A stretch of 64,000 nt of DNA from Planctomycetota bacterium (GCA_026991575.1 JALXBF010000179.1:1-64000), one strand, 5' to 3'. Positions 10,901 through 19,070 are shown, counted from the stretch's first letter. A program made the numbers and translations. Notes: a model not told the origin generated them from the letters alone.

Positions 10901-10980
10901 GAGTTGTTCGTGGGGTCGGTGTCCTCATCGGGATCGATCACCTTCACCGGCCGGTGCAGCACGTCGTACTCATAGCGCAC
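7852..10980 (-). CDS. Rhs/YD-repeat protein, 5'-truncated, with a C-terminal putative toxin domain (DUF4347-like His/Cys)
   Basis: Many TDPLGRTTSYxYD repeats. The Rhs core reads FGFTGR...DPIG...PVTLVDRLGL, followed by HVIAHS...LHGCAVG. The ORF begins inside a YD repeat. Confidence 0.9.
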   Translation of the reverse strand: MRYEYDVLHRPVKVIDPDEDTDPTNNSIWQTLYNAADEVIASINPLGRQTSYGYDALGTLVTVTTPMGFVTSYAYDAEQRLLSVTDPLGRTTSYERDARGRVIAITDPTGAKTTFSWDAVDRLVRRTDPLAGLETSQTDYQYDNLDRLIELVDAEGNRWKWEYDLVGNRIAAIDPLGNRSEWDYDARNRVIATRDPLGNQTTISYTLTGMVAAVTDPLGRTTRYRYNARDWRTAIILPDGDSDPSNNPEITFGYDEEGNLISLTDADGNTTQWRLDAVDRVIEEINALGLSRFLEHDAAGQLTAVVDRNGRRREFDYDLDGRRTAEKWLDGQGQIIFQISYTWDAANQLIGVSDPNQTYTLAYGDAGRIISLDNTGSPSTYPVIQLANTYDDAGNRIRLTDNYGTEWRYQYDKLSRMTQAELVVSGTPKATVQFAYDAASRLVRMIRFEPGSGGGWGQDPQIVTNYSYDAASRVTLIDHDYVDSQGNATPLADFAYTWDAAGQIVAYSGPEGTRTYAYDPQGQLTDVWDGQGNLVEYYRYTPNGNRTESHLHGTGYVTGADNRLLSDGTNDYEYDNEGNLIRKTNTLTGEVTEYTWDYRNRLTAVVHKDGQGNVLWSETYVYDAFNRRIAFYEDPDGPTGPEPERFTFVLHDLAQPPTAEQIAQGGLAPYVDGIYSSAIFAANPIADFTDPDTSDGITAQLTERRLYAAAVDSLLAREDALGEITFDLTDYVGSIRGWVDSSGTILASVAYESFGLPVGGWSSAWRFGFTGRDRSGSGKLWAMVARYQAPATGSFASADPIGLATDSSSYRYAGHRPVTLVDRLGLSAGAPEGENELRRVLIVYDPSGRGGPGLATGVEFSAAAERLAAEIAENAKKEDDPPSKIVKVRVTHIGKLTGTHAPSPKLQGQLDTLGGKADETHVIAHSDRTRASNPPPKQEVGRRRASPLAFEKLIDRHGKKEGRLCLHGCAVGRNDDYCQGIANRTGWVVYAPPSSHPLRYQWQRYTTSVVMGHLCAGVAQEIRAQAVGQAQAWRLSAGHWCP

Positions 10981-11029
10981 CGTGTCGCCGAAGGTAACTG
11001 GGCGCTTGCGAGGGGGCGGAAGAGCAGTA

Positions 11030-11135
11030 ATGCTGGCCGGGAGATGGGCGAATCGAGCCAGGAGGGTGCTTCAATGGGCGGCAGGGGGCCTTTGTGCCCC
11101 CCTGCCGCTGTGTTGATGGGTAGCGGGGGCGGTAC
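11030..11135 (+). repeat. Structured repeat copy A (left arm of inverted pair A/B)
   Basis: gcttcaatgg-gcggcaggggg[loop]ccccctgccgc-tgtgttgatgggtagcg; aligns with the reverse complement of 11336-11444. Confidence 0.8.
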
Positions 11136-11321
11136 GGGTCTTGTTTGCTTTTCCCGTAGTGGAAATGCCCCGGACGCCGCGGACGCTGTCCGCGGCGTCG
11201 GCGAGGTGGCATCGCGCTCCCTCCGGGACGACAGCGCAATCTCTCTGCGCACAGCGCCCGCCCAAGGGAATCGGACCACCCGGGCCGCGGGCGGGATCGA
11301 CCCGCCCGCGGCCCGAAAGGG

Positions 11322-11444
11322 AAAAAAGTTCTTTGGAGATCTGCCCGCGCTATCCATCAACGTTGCGGGCGGGGGGGCATGAAGGCCCCCGCCCGCCCAT
11401 TGAAGCAGGCTGCTGGGTTGATTCGGCAGTTCCGGACGCAGCAT
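11322..11444 (-). repeat. Structured repeat copy B (right arm of inverted pair A/B)
   Basis: gctatccatcaac-gtt-gcgggcggggg[loop]cccccgcccgc-ccattgaagc; an inverted copy of A with an 11-bp stem. Confidence 0.8.
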
Positions 11445-11672
11445 CCGGGCCACTCGTTGTCGTCGAGCACCATGGTGTGCACGGCCTACCGTCCGCCGGT
11501 CGCCACACGCGCAGATCGTGCCCCGCGCCGCAACCACACGGCCCGCGACCCCGTCTGCACCGGTCGCTGCCGTACCCATCTCCTCGCCTCACCGCTGGCG
11601 GTGCCCGCCAACCCGCCCCGCGAGGGAAACTTTTCTAGTTGAAACGGCAGTAGGATCCCTCGGCCGTCGCGC

Positions 11673-11834
11673 TCACGGCTGGGCAAGGTCGATCGGATCG
11701 ACCGCTACCAACACCTCCGCCGCCTGCTGTTCCACTACCCGGCGCCTGTACCGCCCAATCACGGGGGCAACGCCCACACGCCCGTTGCGCCGACCGCGCC
11801 ATGGCCACAATAGCCTCGATGCCCTCCTCTGCAT
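11673..11834 (-). pseudogene. Possible decayed N-terminus of a planctomycete exoprotein (RRRxxxExLExRxLLA-type leader)
   Basis: MQRRASRLLWPWRGRR...RYRRRVVEQQAAEVLVAVDP followed by an early stop; purine-rich RBS-like tract upstream. Confidence 0.3.
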
Positions 11835-12224
11835 GTTCACCAGCTCCCGTCCCCTCCCCGCCCTTGCAGCACGCTGCGCTCGGGTCAGATGAGCACTCCT
11901 GGTCGGGGCAAACCGGACGATCAGGTTGGTTGCTCGCGCGGCGTGGCCACTGCCCCAAACTACCGATGCCACCCCCGCTGCGAGGTGCAGAGTGGTTCGC
12001 GAGGAGCCACCGAAGAGCGCCGATGCGCACGGTTCTGCTCCCTGCTACGGCGCGCTTTAGCTCATGGTGGTGTCCGTCGTGCAAGCCGCGTGTGGCGATG
12101 GACTTCACGCGGGTGCGCTTCAGTTCTTGCGCCCACTCTGCCGGTAGGTTGCTCGCTCTATGTGCTGGCGAGACGGCCCTGGGCGTGTCGCCGTGTCAGC
12201 GTTGCAGTTCGCAGACCGGGGGAC

Positions 12225-12335
12225 TGATTGAGCGGACCGGCTGGTTCAACGGGCGGGCGGAGGGGGGAGCTTTACGCTCCTCATCCGCAACGTTGATTGA
12301 ATAGCGGGGCAGATCCAGAGAACTCCTTTTTCGCG
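12225..12335 (+). repeat. Structured repeat copy C (left arm of inverted pair C/D)
   Basis: ggttcaacgggcgggcgg...ccgcaacgttgattgaatagcggggcagatccagagaact matches reverse-complemented B (ccgcaacgttgatggatagcgcgggcagatctccaaagaact). Confidence 0.7.
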
Positions 12336-12450
12336 CCATGCTGCTGGCCAGTCCGGCCCGCGGCACAGCCCTGGAACGCTGCCCTTCCGCCGCAGTCCAC
12401 GCCCGTGGCGGCAGCGCAAGAGAAGAAAACTCAAGGGATATCGCCGGCGC

Positions 12451-13703
12451 TAAACGGGATTTCACCGACTGTACGCGGTCCTGCCGGGGGCGAAAAGTAG
12501 GTTCCTCCTCGGTCGCTGTCGCGGAAGGATTCGTGCGAGAGGATAGCGAGGAGGAACCGTTATGGGAGGAACCGTTATGGATCGAAGAACGCGGCAGAGA
12601 AGCCTACAACGGCGTTGGTGTTCGCTTTCGCGTGGTGTGCGGGATCGCCTGAAGCGGGCGCGCCACTACAGCACCGACGCTACGCTGCGGTTGCGGATCC
12701 GTGCGGTGCTCCATTGTATGGGCGGGCTAAGTTGCCGGGAAGCGGCGCGGCGGCTGAGGTGTAGCGACCGCTTTGTCCGGCTGGCGACGCAGCGTTTTAT
12801 CGAAAAAGGTCCGGAGGCATTCTGCGACGGTCGTCGTGGCCGGGGTAGGGCGAAGCGCTTGACGGCGCAGTTGGCCGGGCTGCTGCGGGAGGCAGCGAGG
12901 CGTGGTCCGAAGGCGTTTGGTTATGACTGGAACTACTGGACGGTGAAGCGGTTTGTTCGGCTGGTGGCGGATCGTTTGGGGGTTCGGTTGGCGGTAGCGA
13001 CGATGTGGCGTTACCTGCGTCGGCTGGGTATTCGTCGGGTGCGAGCGAAGCCGTATGTGGTGACACCGTGGCCTAAGGAGCGGGCGTTGCGTCGGTTATG
13101 GTACATCTGCCGGCAGCTGCGGCGGGTGGGGCCGGACGAGGTGGTGGTGTTTGCGGATGAGAGCGAGGTGCACTTGAATCCGAAGATAGGCTACGACTGG
13201 TGTATGCGTGGTCATCGTCGTCGGATTCGGACGCCAGGCACCGATGTGCGTGTCTATGGGGCGTTGGCGCTAGAGCACGGTACTCGGCGGTTGGTCGCGG
13301 TGTGGGGGCGGCGGAAGGATAGCGCTCTGTTTCGGTCGTTGCTGGCGCGACTGGATCGGGTCTACGCGAACAAGCGTAGGATCCACGTTGTGCTGGACAA
13401 CGCTGCGATCCACAAGTCGAAGGCTGTGGGTGAGTACCTCCAGCAAAAAGGCGATCGGTTCAAGCTATGGTTCCTTCCTCCCTTCTGTCCTGATGCGAAT
13501 CCGGTCGAACTCGAGTGGCAGGCTTTTCATGCGGCAGTGACGGTCTTGCACAGCCGTGTCGACATCGACACTCTGATCGCCGACGCCAGCCGTTACCTTG
13601 CCAATCGCTCCCGATCCAACACACTACGTCACCGCGATCATCCGTGGGACTGGAAACCTACCGCCTCGCGTCTGCCCGCGTAACCTATATGAAAAACCGT
13701 TTA
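12451..13703 (+). mobile_element. IS630-family insertion sequence, about 1.25 kb, with duplicated TA
   Basis: The left end TAAACGGGATTTCA (12451-12464) and right end TGAAAAACCGTTTA (13690-13703) form an imperfect inverted repeat. Both ends carry TA in a C-TA-G context, and the element encloses a DDE transposase. Confidence 0.85.
12577..13683 (+). CDS. IS630-family transposase
   Basis: N-terminal HTH (GLSCREAARRL); DDE motifs FADESEV, VLDNAAIHKS and LPPFCPDANPVELEW. Alternative in-frame ATG at 12562. Confidence 0.95.
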   Translation: MDRRTRQRSLQRRWCSLSRGVRDRLKRARHYSTDATLRLRIRAVLHCMGGLSCREAARRLRCSDRFVRLATQRFIEKGPEAFCDGRRGRGRAKRLTAQLAGLLREAARRGPKAFGYDWNYWTVKRFVRLVADRLGVRLAVATMWRYLRRLGIRRVRAKPYVVTPWPKERALRRLWYICRQLRRVGPDEVVVFADESEVHLNPKIGYDWCMRGHRRRIRTPGTDVRVYGALALEHGTRRLVAVWGRRKDSALFRSLLARLDRVYANKRRIHVVLDNAAIHKSKAVGEYLQQKGDRFKLWFLPPFCPDANPVELEWQAFHAAVTVLHSRVDIDTLIADASRYLANRSRSNTLRHRDHPWDWKPTASRLPA

Positions 13704-13770
13704 GTCAATAGTCAATCAACCCCCGGCCTGGGGGGCACAAACCCCCCGGGCCCGTTCGAAGCAGGCGGCA
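13702..13770 (-). repeat. Structured repeat copy D, interrupted by IS630
   Basis: tagtcaatcaac-ccccggcctggggggcacaaaccccccgggccc-gttcgaagcaggc. It shares ggggggcacaaa with A and gaagcaggc with B. Confidence 0.6.
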
Positions 13771-13913
13771 CAATCCCTCCGCCTCCAGCTTCGCACGCCA
13801 CCAACACCGCGCGGGGTATCAAGTTATCCGGTCGCACGGTACGACGCCGTACCACTGCCTCGCATACCTGGTGTGCTGCAAGGGCTGAAACGCACCCACT
13901 TCAGGCGGTTCAC

Positions 13914-13941
13914 TTGACAGCCTCAAGCCATGGGCTAGAGT
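13914..13941 (+). promoter_or_regulatory. Sigma70-like promoter upstream of the tandem-repeat ORF
   Basis: TTGACA-N16-TAGAGT, about 110 bp upstream of ATG 14050. Confidence 0.4.
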
Positions 13942-14049
13942 TACGTGGATTTGGGGTTGTTCCGTAACACGGTCCGGCCGAATGCGGGGCAAATCCAACA
14001 CGTCCTTGGTCTAGTGCGTCTCGTAGTGTCTCAAGAACGGGGGGTTGTG

Positions 14050-14823
14050 ATGTACGTATCCAGCATCTCTCGGCCGGCATGGCTGCCTGCACAGCGAATG
14101 CGGCAGCAGGCCGCTGCGCCGAGCGGTAATCTCGCAGATCCCGCAAGTGTACCGTTTCCCGGGCGACAGGGGGTCATTCCTACACCGACGGCGCGGGCGC
14201 GAGCTAGCTCAACCGAGCTGGTCGGTTACATTCCGACGCCCAGCGCGCATGGGACTCCGGACGGTCCGGTGGATCCAAGCAAGGTCGCGTCTCCTGAGCG
14301 ACAGGGGGTCATTCCTACGCCGGCGGCACGGGCGCGAGCTAACTCAACCGAGCTGGTCGGTTACATTCCGACGCCCAGCGCGCATGGGACTCCGGATGGT
14401 CCGGTGGATCCAAGCAAGGTCGCGTCTCCCGAGCGTCAGGGGGTGATTCCTACGCCGGCGGCACGGGCGCGAGCTAACTCAACCGAGCTGGTCGGTTTTA
14501 TCCCGACGCCCACCGCGCATGGAACTCCGGATGGTCCGGTGGATCCAAGCAAGGTCGCGTCTCCCGAGCGACAGGGGGTCATTCCTACGCCGACGGCACG
14601 GGCACGAGCCGACTCAACTGAACTGGCAAGCGCTGCTACTACGGCAGCAGAGCGCCGTGGCGGTCCTGTGGATCCACCAAGCCCGGCTACCGGTTCGGGA
14701 GCATCCATGGCGTTTACCAGCATGCCTGACCCCGATCGGACCGGTGGCTTGCAGCCTGGTCCTCAGCCTAAGCCGTACGGCTTCCACGCGGCCGCCAGCA
14801 GCCGCGTTAACTTCCTTGCCTGA
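14050..14823 (+). CDS. Hypothetical Pro/Thr-rich protein with about 3.5-4 copies of a 45-aa repeat
   Basis: In-frame 135-bp repeats whose differences fall mostly at third codon positions. G-rich RBS-like tract upstream and a hairpin downstream. Confidence 0.65.
   Translation: MYVSSISRPAWLPAQRMRQQAAAPSGNLADPASVPFPGRQGVIPTPTARARASSTELVGYIPTPSAHGTPDGPVDPSKVASPERQGVIPTPAARARANSTELVGYIPTPSAHGTPDGPVDPSKVASPERQGVIPTPAARARANSTELVGFIPTPTAHGTPDGPVDPSKVASPERQGVIPTPTARARADSTELASAATTAAERRGGPVDPPSPATGSGASMAFTSMPDPDRTGGLQPGPQPKPYGFHAAASSRVNFLA
14164..14680 (+). repeat. 135-bp tandem repeat
   Basis: Units start at 14164, 14299, 14434 and 14569 (cg[a/t]cagggggt[c/g]attcctac). Confidence 0.95.
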
Positions 14824-14853
14824 ATGTCCTGTTGCAGATCTCGAGGGGGGGAA

Positions 14854-14897
14854 TGTTCGGTCGGCGTCCTCAGCCGGATGCCGACCGAACACTTCTT
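14854..14897 (+). terminator. Probable intrinsic terminator
   Basis: 16-bp stem tgttcggtcggcgtcc/ggatgccgaccgaaca (one G-U pair) followed by cttctt, 30 bp after the stop codon. Confidence 0.55.
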
Positions 14898-15138
14898 GCG
14901 ACGCTCCCACCTGGCCCTGTGCCCAGCTACCGCGACACGCGAGCCGGTGCCGACGTCGGTACGCATGGATGGTCCGGTCTAGCGGCATCGGCTACACGTC
15001 CGCCAACGCGCCAGCGGGGGGATCAGACAGTAGTGTGTTCATTGCTAGAATGCTGCTCAAGCAAGCTCGCGCACTCGTCCGAGCGCAGTTACTCGGTCGT
15101 TCGGCCAGCTTGAGTAGCAGCAGGCCGGTGAGGAGATC

Positions 15139-16257
15139 GTGATGTTCGGAGCAGTATCTCCCTGCGTTGGAAAGGCGATGAGATTGGCGGTGCTGTTCTG
15201 CCACGCCTTTCTGGGTCCGAAGTGGCTCTATGCGGGGGCCCCTGGGGGCGACGGGATCGTTTACGAGAACCGCCTCCGCCCGCTGCGCAACGCCAGGCCC
15301 CTGCTTGCGAACTGGCCGGAGTTCGTGCTGCCGATCCACGAACGCGTCCATTACGAGGCTCCGCCGTTGGTCCGTGACGAGAACGCTACGTTACAGCTGC
15401 GTACCTGGCGCTACTCGTATCATTGCCGTGGCATCGTGGAAATGGATGCTCAGCTCGCAGGCAGACACACTGCAGTGGTCGTTGTGCATCCCTGGGGAAT
15501 CGAAGACGGTCAGGGATGGCGCGAGCCCGAACCTGCCGGTGTGGCTTTCTTCTGCACGCCCGCAAAGAACCGGATCTACCACGAGCATGTCCGGCGAGTT
15601 CTTCGGCCGTTTCTGGATCGGATCCGGCCGCACGTTGCGCTGGTTGTCTACAGCCTGCCGGGCGGGCCGGATCGTATCAGAACGAGCTTGTACCGTACCA
15701 CCTTGGGCCGTCCTACTAGGGAGCAACGGGAACAGGCAACCGAAGCGCTGCGGAACACGCTGGCAGCCTTCCGCTACCGCGCCGGCAACATTCCGCAACG
15801 AATTGTCGTCGATCCGCGGCAGCCGACTGCCGCTTACTTCCGTTTGTTTCCTGGCTTATCAGCGAACGAACACTACAACGGCTCAGGATTCTGGCAACTG
15901 CCGGTACCGCTGAACAGATACGTCGGTGCCCAGTCCGACGATGTTGTTTTCTTCGATGGTCAGGGATATCCGGAACTGAGGCGTTTTCTGAAGGAGCATG
16001 GCGTGCGTCACGTGCTGCTGGCCGGCTACGCGACGGATATGTGCGTTTGCACGACGGCAGCCGGCTACGAGAACCTGATCAACGATTTCAACGTCTTCCT
16101 TGTGGGCGATGCCACGCTGGCGACGTTTCCGGCGCAGCGCAGTCCGGCAGCGGCCACGACGGCCGCGGTAGCACGAGCTTCGCTGAAGCTGTTCGTGACC
16201 GAGGTCGCGGCCGTGCGGATCAGCCACGTTACTACACGTCGACAATGGGGACAGTAG
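15139..16257 (+). CDS. Isochorismatase-like cysteine hydrolase family protein
   Basis: GVRHVLLAGYATDMCV and FNVFLVGDAT motifs. The start is uncertain (ATG 15178 is possible). Confidence 0.75.
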   Translation: MMFGAVSPCVGKAMRLAVLFCHAFLGPKWLYAGAPGGDGIVYENRLRPLRNARPLLANWPEFVLPIHERVHYEAPPLVRDENATLQLRTWRYSYHCRGIVEMDAQLAGRHTAVVVVHPWGIEDGQGWREPEPAGVAFFCTPAKNRIYHEHVRRVLRPFLDRIRPHVALVVYSLPGGPDRIRTSLYRTTLGRPTREQREQATEALRNTLAAFRYRAGNIPQRIVVDPRQPTAAYFRLFPGLSANEHYNGSGFWQLPVPLNRYVGAQSDDVVFFDGQGYPELRRFLKEHGVRHVLLAGYATDMCVCTTAAGYENLINDFNVFLVGDATLATFPAQRSPAAATTAAVARASLKLFVTEVAAVRISHVTTRRQWGQ

Positions 16258-16280
16258 TGGGCAGGACGGATACGGACTTT

Positions 16281-17279
16281 ATGGCGGACGATCACAAGCA
16301 CGGTGCCTTCGACTCGCGTTGTGCCTCAGGTGGTTCAGAAGGCCAGGGGGAGCGAGCTGTGGCGGTCTTCGATCAGGCACTGATAGCCATCACATTGGAC
16401 CTTGAGATGGTCCGGCACTACCCGAAGCGGGGCATGCTGGAGTGGGATTATGAGAAGGGTAACGTGGATGCGGCGACGAAGCGGTACGCCGTACGAGCGG
16501 CTGAGGTCGTGGCCAGTCAAGGCGGCGTGATTCATTACTTCCTTGTCGGCCGGGCACTGGAGCAGGCGGATGTCCGCTGGCTGCAACACATCCACTCGCT
16601 CGGACATCCCATTGGCAACCACACATACGACCATGTTTACTTGCTTGCACAGAGCGGGCCGGAACTGCAGTACCGTTTCCGGCGGTGTCCCTGGCTGGTA
16701 GAGGGCCGAACGGTCCTGGAGCTGATCGAGGAGAACGTGCGATGGACGAGCCGGGCATTCCAACACCGGCTCGGCTTTCCTCCGGCAGGATTCCGCGCAC
16801 CGGGAGGGTACAGCAGCGGTCTGCGCGGCCGCGGCGACCTCCAGCGCCTCCTGCAGTACTCGGGGTTCGACTGGGTAAGCACTGTCTATCCCCGGCACAT
16901 GACGAGTCGGCCGGGGACCCGCCCCGACAAGCAGATCGTGGCGGACATCCTTCGTGCCCAGCAGCCCGCACAGCCGTTCCACTATCCGAGTGGACTCGTC
17001 GAGCTTCCCATGTGCCCGGTTAGCGACGTGGCAGCGTTTCGTGGTCAGCGGTGGCGGCTATCGTGGATGCTGGAGGTGCTGGAGAAGATAGTGGAGCAAG
17101 CGCTGGAGAAGAAAATGGCCTTCGTATTCTTGGGCCATCCCGCTGTTCTGCTAGTGGAAGACCCCGATCTTGAGATTCTGACCCGCCTGTGCCGGTGGAT
17201 CGAGCGAGAGCCGGAGCGGGCCAGACTTGTGACGCTCGACGAATTGGCACGGCGTTACCGGTGCGCTCTGGCGAGCTGA
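16281..17279 (+). CDS. Polysaccharide deacetylase (CE4/NodB-like)
   Basis: ITLDLE, IGNHTYDH, GFRAPG and FLGHP motifs. The start is uncertain. Confidence 0.8.
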   Translation: MADDHKHGAFDSRCASGGSEGQGERAVAVFDQALIAITLDLEMVRHYPKRGMLEWDYEKGNVDAATKRYAVRAAEVVASQGGVIHYFLVGRALEQADVRWLQHIHSLGHPIGNHTYDHVYLLAQSGPELQYRFRRCPWLVEGRTVLELIEENVRWTSRAFQHRLGFPPAGFRAPGGYSSGLRGRGDLQRLLQYSGFDWVSTVYPRHMTSRPGTRPDKQIVADILRAQQPAQPFHYPSGLVELPMCPVSDVAAFRGQRWRLSWMLEVLEKIVEQALEKKMAFVFLGHPAVLLVEDPDLEILTRLCRWIEREPERARLVTLDELARRYRCALAS

Positions 17280-17603
17280 CAGCGCCGGCACGGAACGAGT
17301 CACCCGTCCTGAGACGCCCCGCCCCCGCCGGAATTCGCATCACAGGCCGGTGTGAATTGCAGCCCCCGGAAGACGGTTGCGGCGGAATAGTTGCCGATCG
17401 CGAGGGGCTGCAGCGTCCAGCGGCCCGAAAGAGCTTGCTCTGACACGTGCTACATGCCACCGTCGACCAATGAGAACGCTTCGCTACGGCGTGACACCTG
17501 TGATGAACAGGGCTAGCGACCGGCCTGGCTACGTGCCGCGATTCCCTTCCCGGGCACCGGGGCCCGTCGCCGTCAGCACGAGCGCCACCGTTGGCACTGG
17601 CGA

Positions 17604-19070
17604 CTAGGTAATAATGTCCATCACGGGGGAGACCGGCCGATCAACGCCCGTGAGCCTCATGTCCAGGCCCTGGAACCGGTACGTCAGCCGCTTGTGGTCG
17701 ATGCCCAGGCAGTAGAGGATCGTAGCGTTCAGATCGTGTATGTGAACCGGGTTTTCCACAATGTTGTAGGCGAAGTCGTCTGTTTCGCCGTAGACGATAC
17801 CGGGTTTGATCCCGCCACCGGCCATCCAGATCGTAAAGCAGCGAGGATGATGATCTCGACCGTAATTCTCTCTGGTTAGCTTGCCCTGGCAGTAAATCGT
17901 GCGGCCAAACTCACCTCCCCACACAACCAGCGTTTCGTCCAACAGGCCTCGCTGCTTCAGATCTGTAATCAGCGCCCAGCAGGGCTGGTCGACATCGCGA
18001 CACTGGTTCGGCAGGTCACGCGCGATGTTGCCGTGCTGATCCCACCCGCGGTGGAAGATCTGCACGAAGCGCACACCGCGTTCCATCATGCGCCGGGCCA
18101 ACAGCGCGCACCGGGCGAACGTGCCCGGTTTGTAAACGTCCGGGCCGTACATGTCGAGGATGTACTTCGGCTCATCCGAGATATCCAGCAGCTCTGGTAC
18201 TGAGCTTTGCATGCGGAAGGCCATCTCGTACTGGGCGATGCGCGTGAGGGTCTCTGGATCGCCGATCTCGCGGTAGGTCTGCTGATTGATGCGTTCGATT
18301 GCTTCAAGCGTTCGGCGGCGAACCGCGGGGCTGACGCCATCGGGATTCGAGAGGAACAGGACCGGGTCGCCGGTTCGCCGCAGTGCGACGCCGGCATGGC
18401 GAGTAGGGAGGAAGCCGGATCCCCACAGGCGGTTGAACAGCGCCTGGGCCTCTTTGCGGCCGGTCCACGTGGGGGTCATGACGATGAAGGTTGGCAAGTT
18501 GTCGTTTTCGCTACCCAAGCCGTAGCTGATCCACGCACCAAGACTTGGTCGGCCTGGCAGCTGGTGGCCGGTGCAGATGTAGGTGATTGCCGGGTCGTGG
18601 TTGATCGCTTCCGTGTGTAAGGTTTTGATGATGCAGATGTCGTCAACCATTCGCTGATGGTAGGGCAGCAGCTCGGAAATCCACGCGCCGCTCTGACCGC
18701 ATTGTTTAAACTTGAACTTAGACGGTGCGATTGGCAGTCGCTTTTGACCGGAAGTCATCGTGGTGAGCCGCTGGCCCATCCGCACTGATTCAGGCAGGTC
18801 CTTGTCGAACCAGTCTTTGAGGTTGGGTTTGTAGTCGAACAGATCCATATGCGCTGGTCCGCCGGCCATGAACAGGTAGATCGCCCGTTTGGCCTTCGGG
18901 GCAAAATGTGGCGAGCCGAGAATCCCTCGGCCCACATCGGTGCGAGACGCAGCGTTGGCTTCCGCGCGCTGCAGCAGCGAAGCCAGTGCGGCTGTTCCCA
19001 ACCCCATCGCCATGCGGCCAAAGAAGTGCCGCCGAGTTAGGGCCAGCATGTGCTCGCGAATCGGATCCAT
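17604..19070 (-). CDS. DUF1501 (sulfatase-like fold) Tat-exported protein
   Basis: TRRHFF Tat motif; [30 protein letters not shown] and GRDHHP. Confidence 0.9.
   Translation of the reverse strand: MDPIREHMLALTRRHFFGRMAMGLGTAALASLLQRAEANAASRTDVGRGILGSPHFAPKAKRAIYLFMAGGPAHMDLFDYKPNLKDWFDKDLPESVRMGQRLTTMTSGQKRLPIAPSKFKFKQCGQSGAWISELLPYHQRMVDDICIIKTLHTEAINHDPAITYICTGHQLPGRPSLGAWISYGLGSENDNLPTFIVMTPTWTGRKEAQALFNRLWGSGFLPTRHAGVALRRTGDPVLFLSNPDGVSPAVRRRTLEAIERINQQTYREIGDPETLTRIAQYEMAFRMQSSVPELLDISDEPKYILDMYGPDVYKPGTFARCALLARRMMERGVRFVQIFHRGWDQHGNIARDLPNQCRDVDQPCWALITDLKQRGLLDETLVVWGGEFGRTIYCQGKLTRENYGRDHHPRCFTIWMAGGGIKPGIVYGETDDFAYNIVENPVHIHDLNATILYCLGIDHKRLTYRFQGLDMRLTGVDRPVSPVMDIIT

Noticed and set aside
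9028..11382. 784-aa plus-strand ORF
   Set aside because: It is the antisense shadow of the GC3-rich Rhs gene and has no recognisable motifs.
11068..11406. Repeats ending in ATTGAAGC, resembling type I-G CRISPR repeats
   Set aside because: The copies are inverted rather than tandem, similarity extends beyond the putative repeat, there are no regular spacers, and no cas genes are in the window.
14164..14680. 135-bp repeats as a CRISPR array
   Set aside because: The units are contiguous with no unique spacers, and they keep the reading frame.
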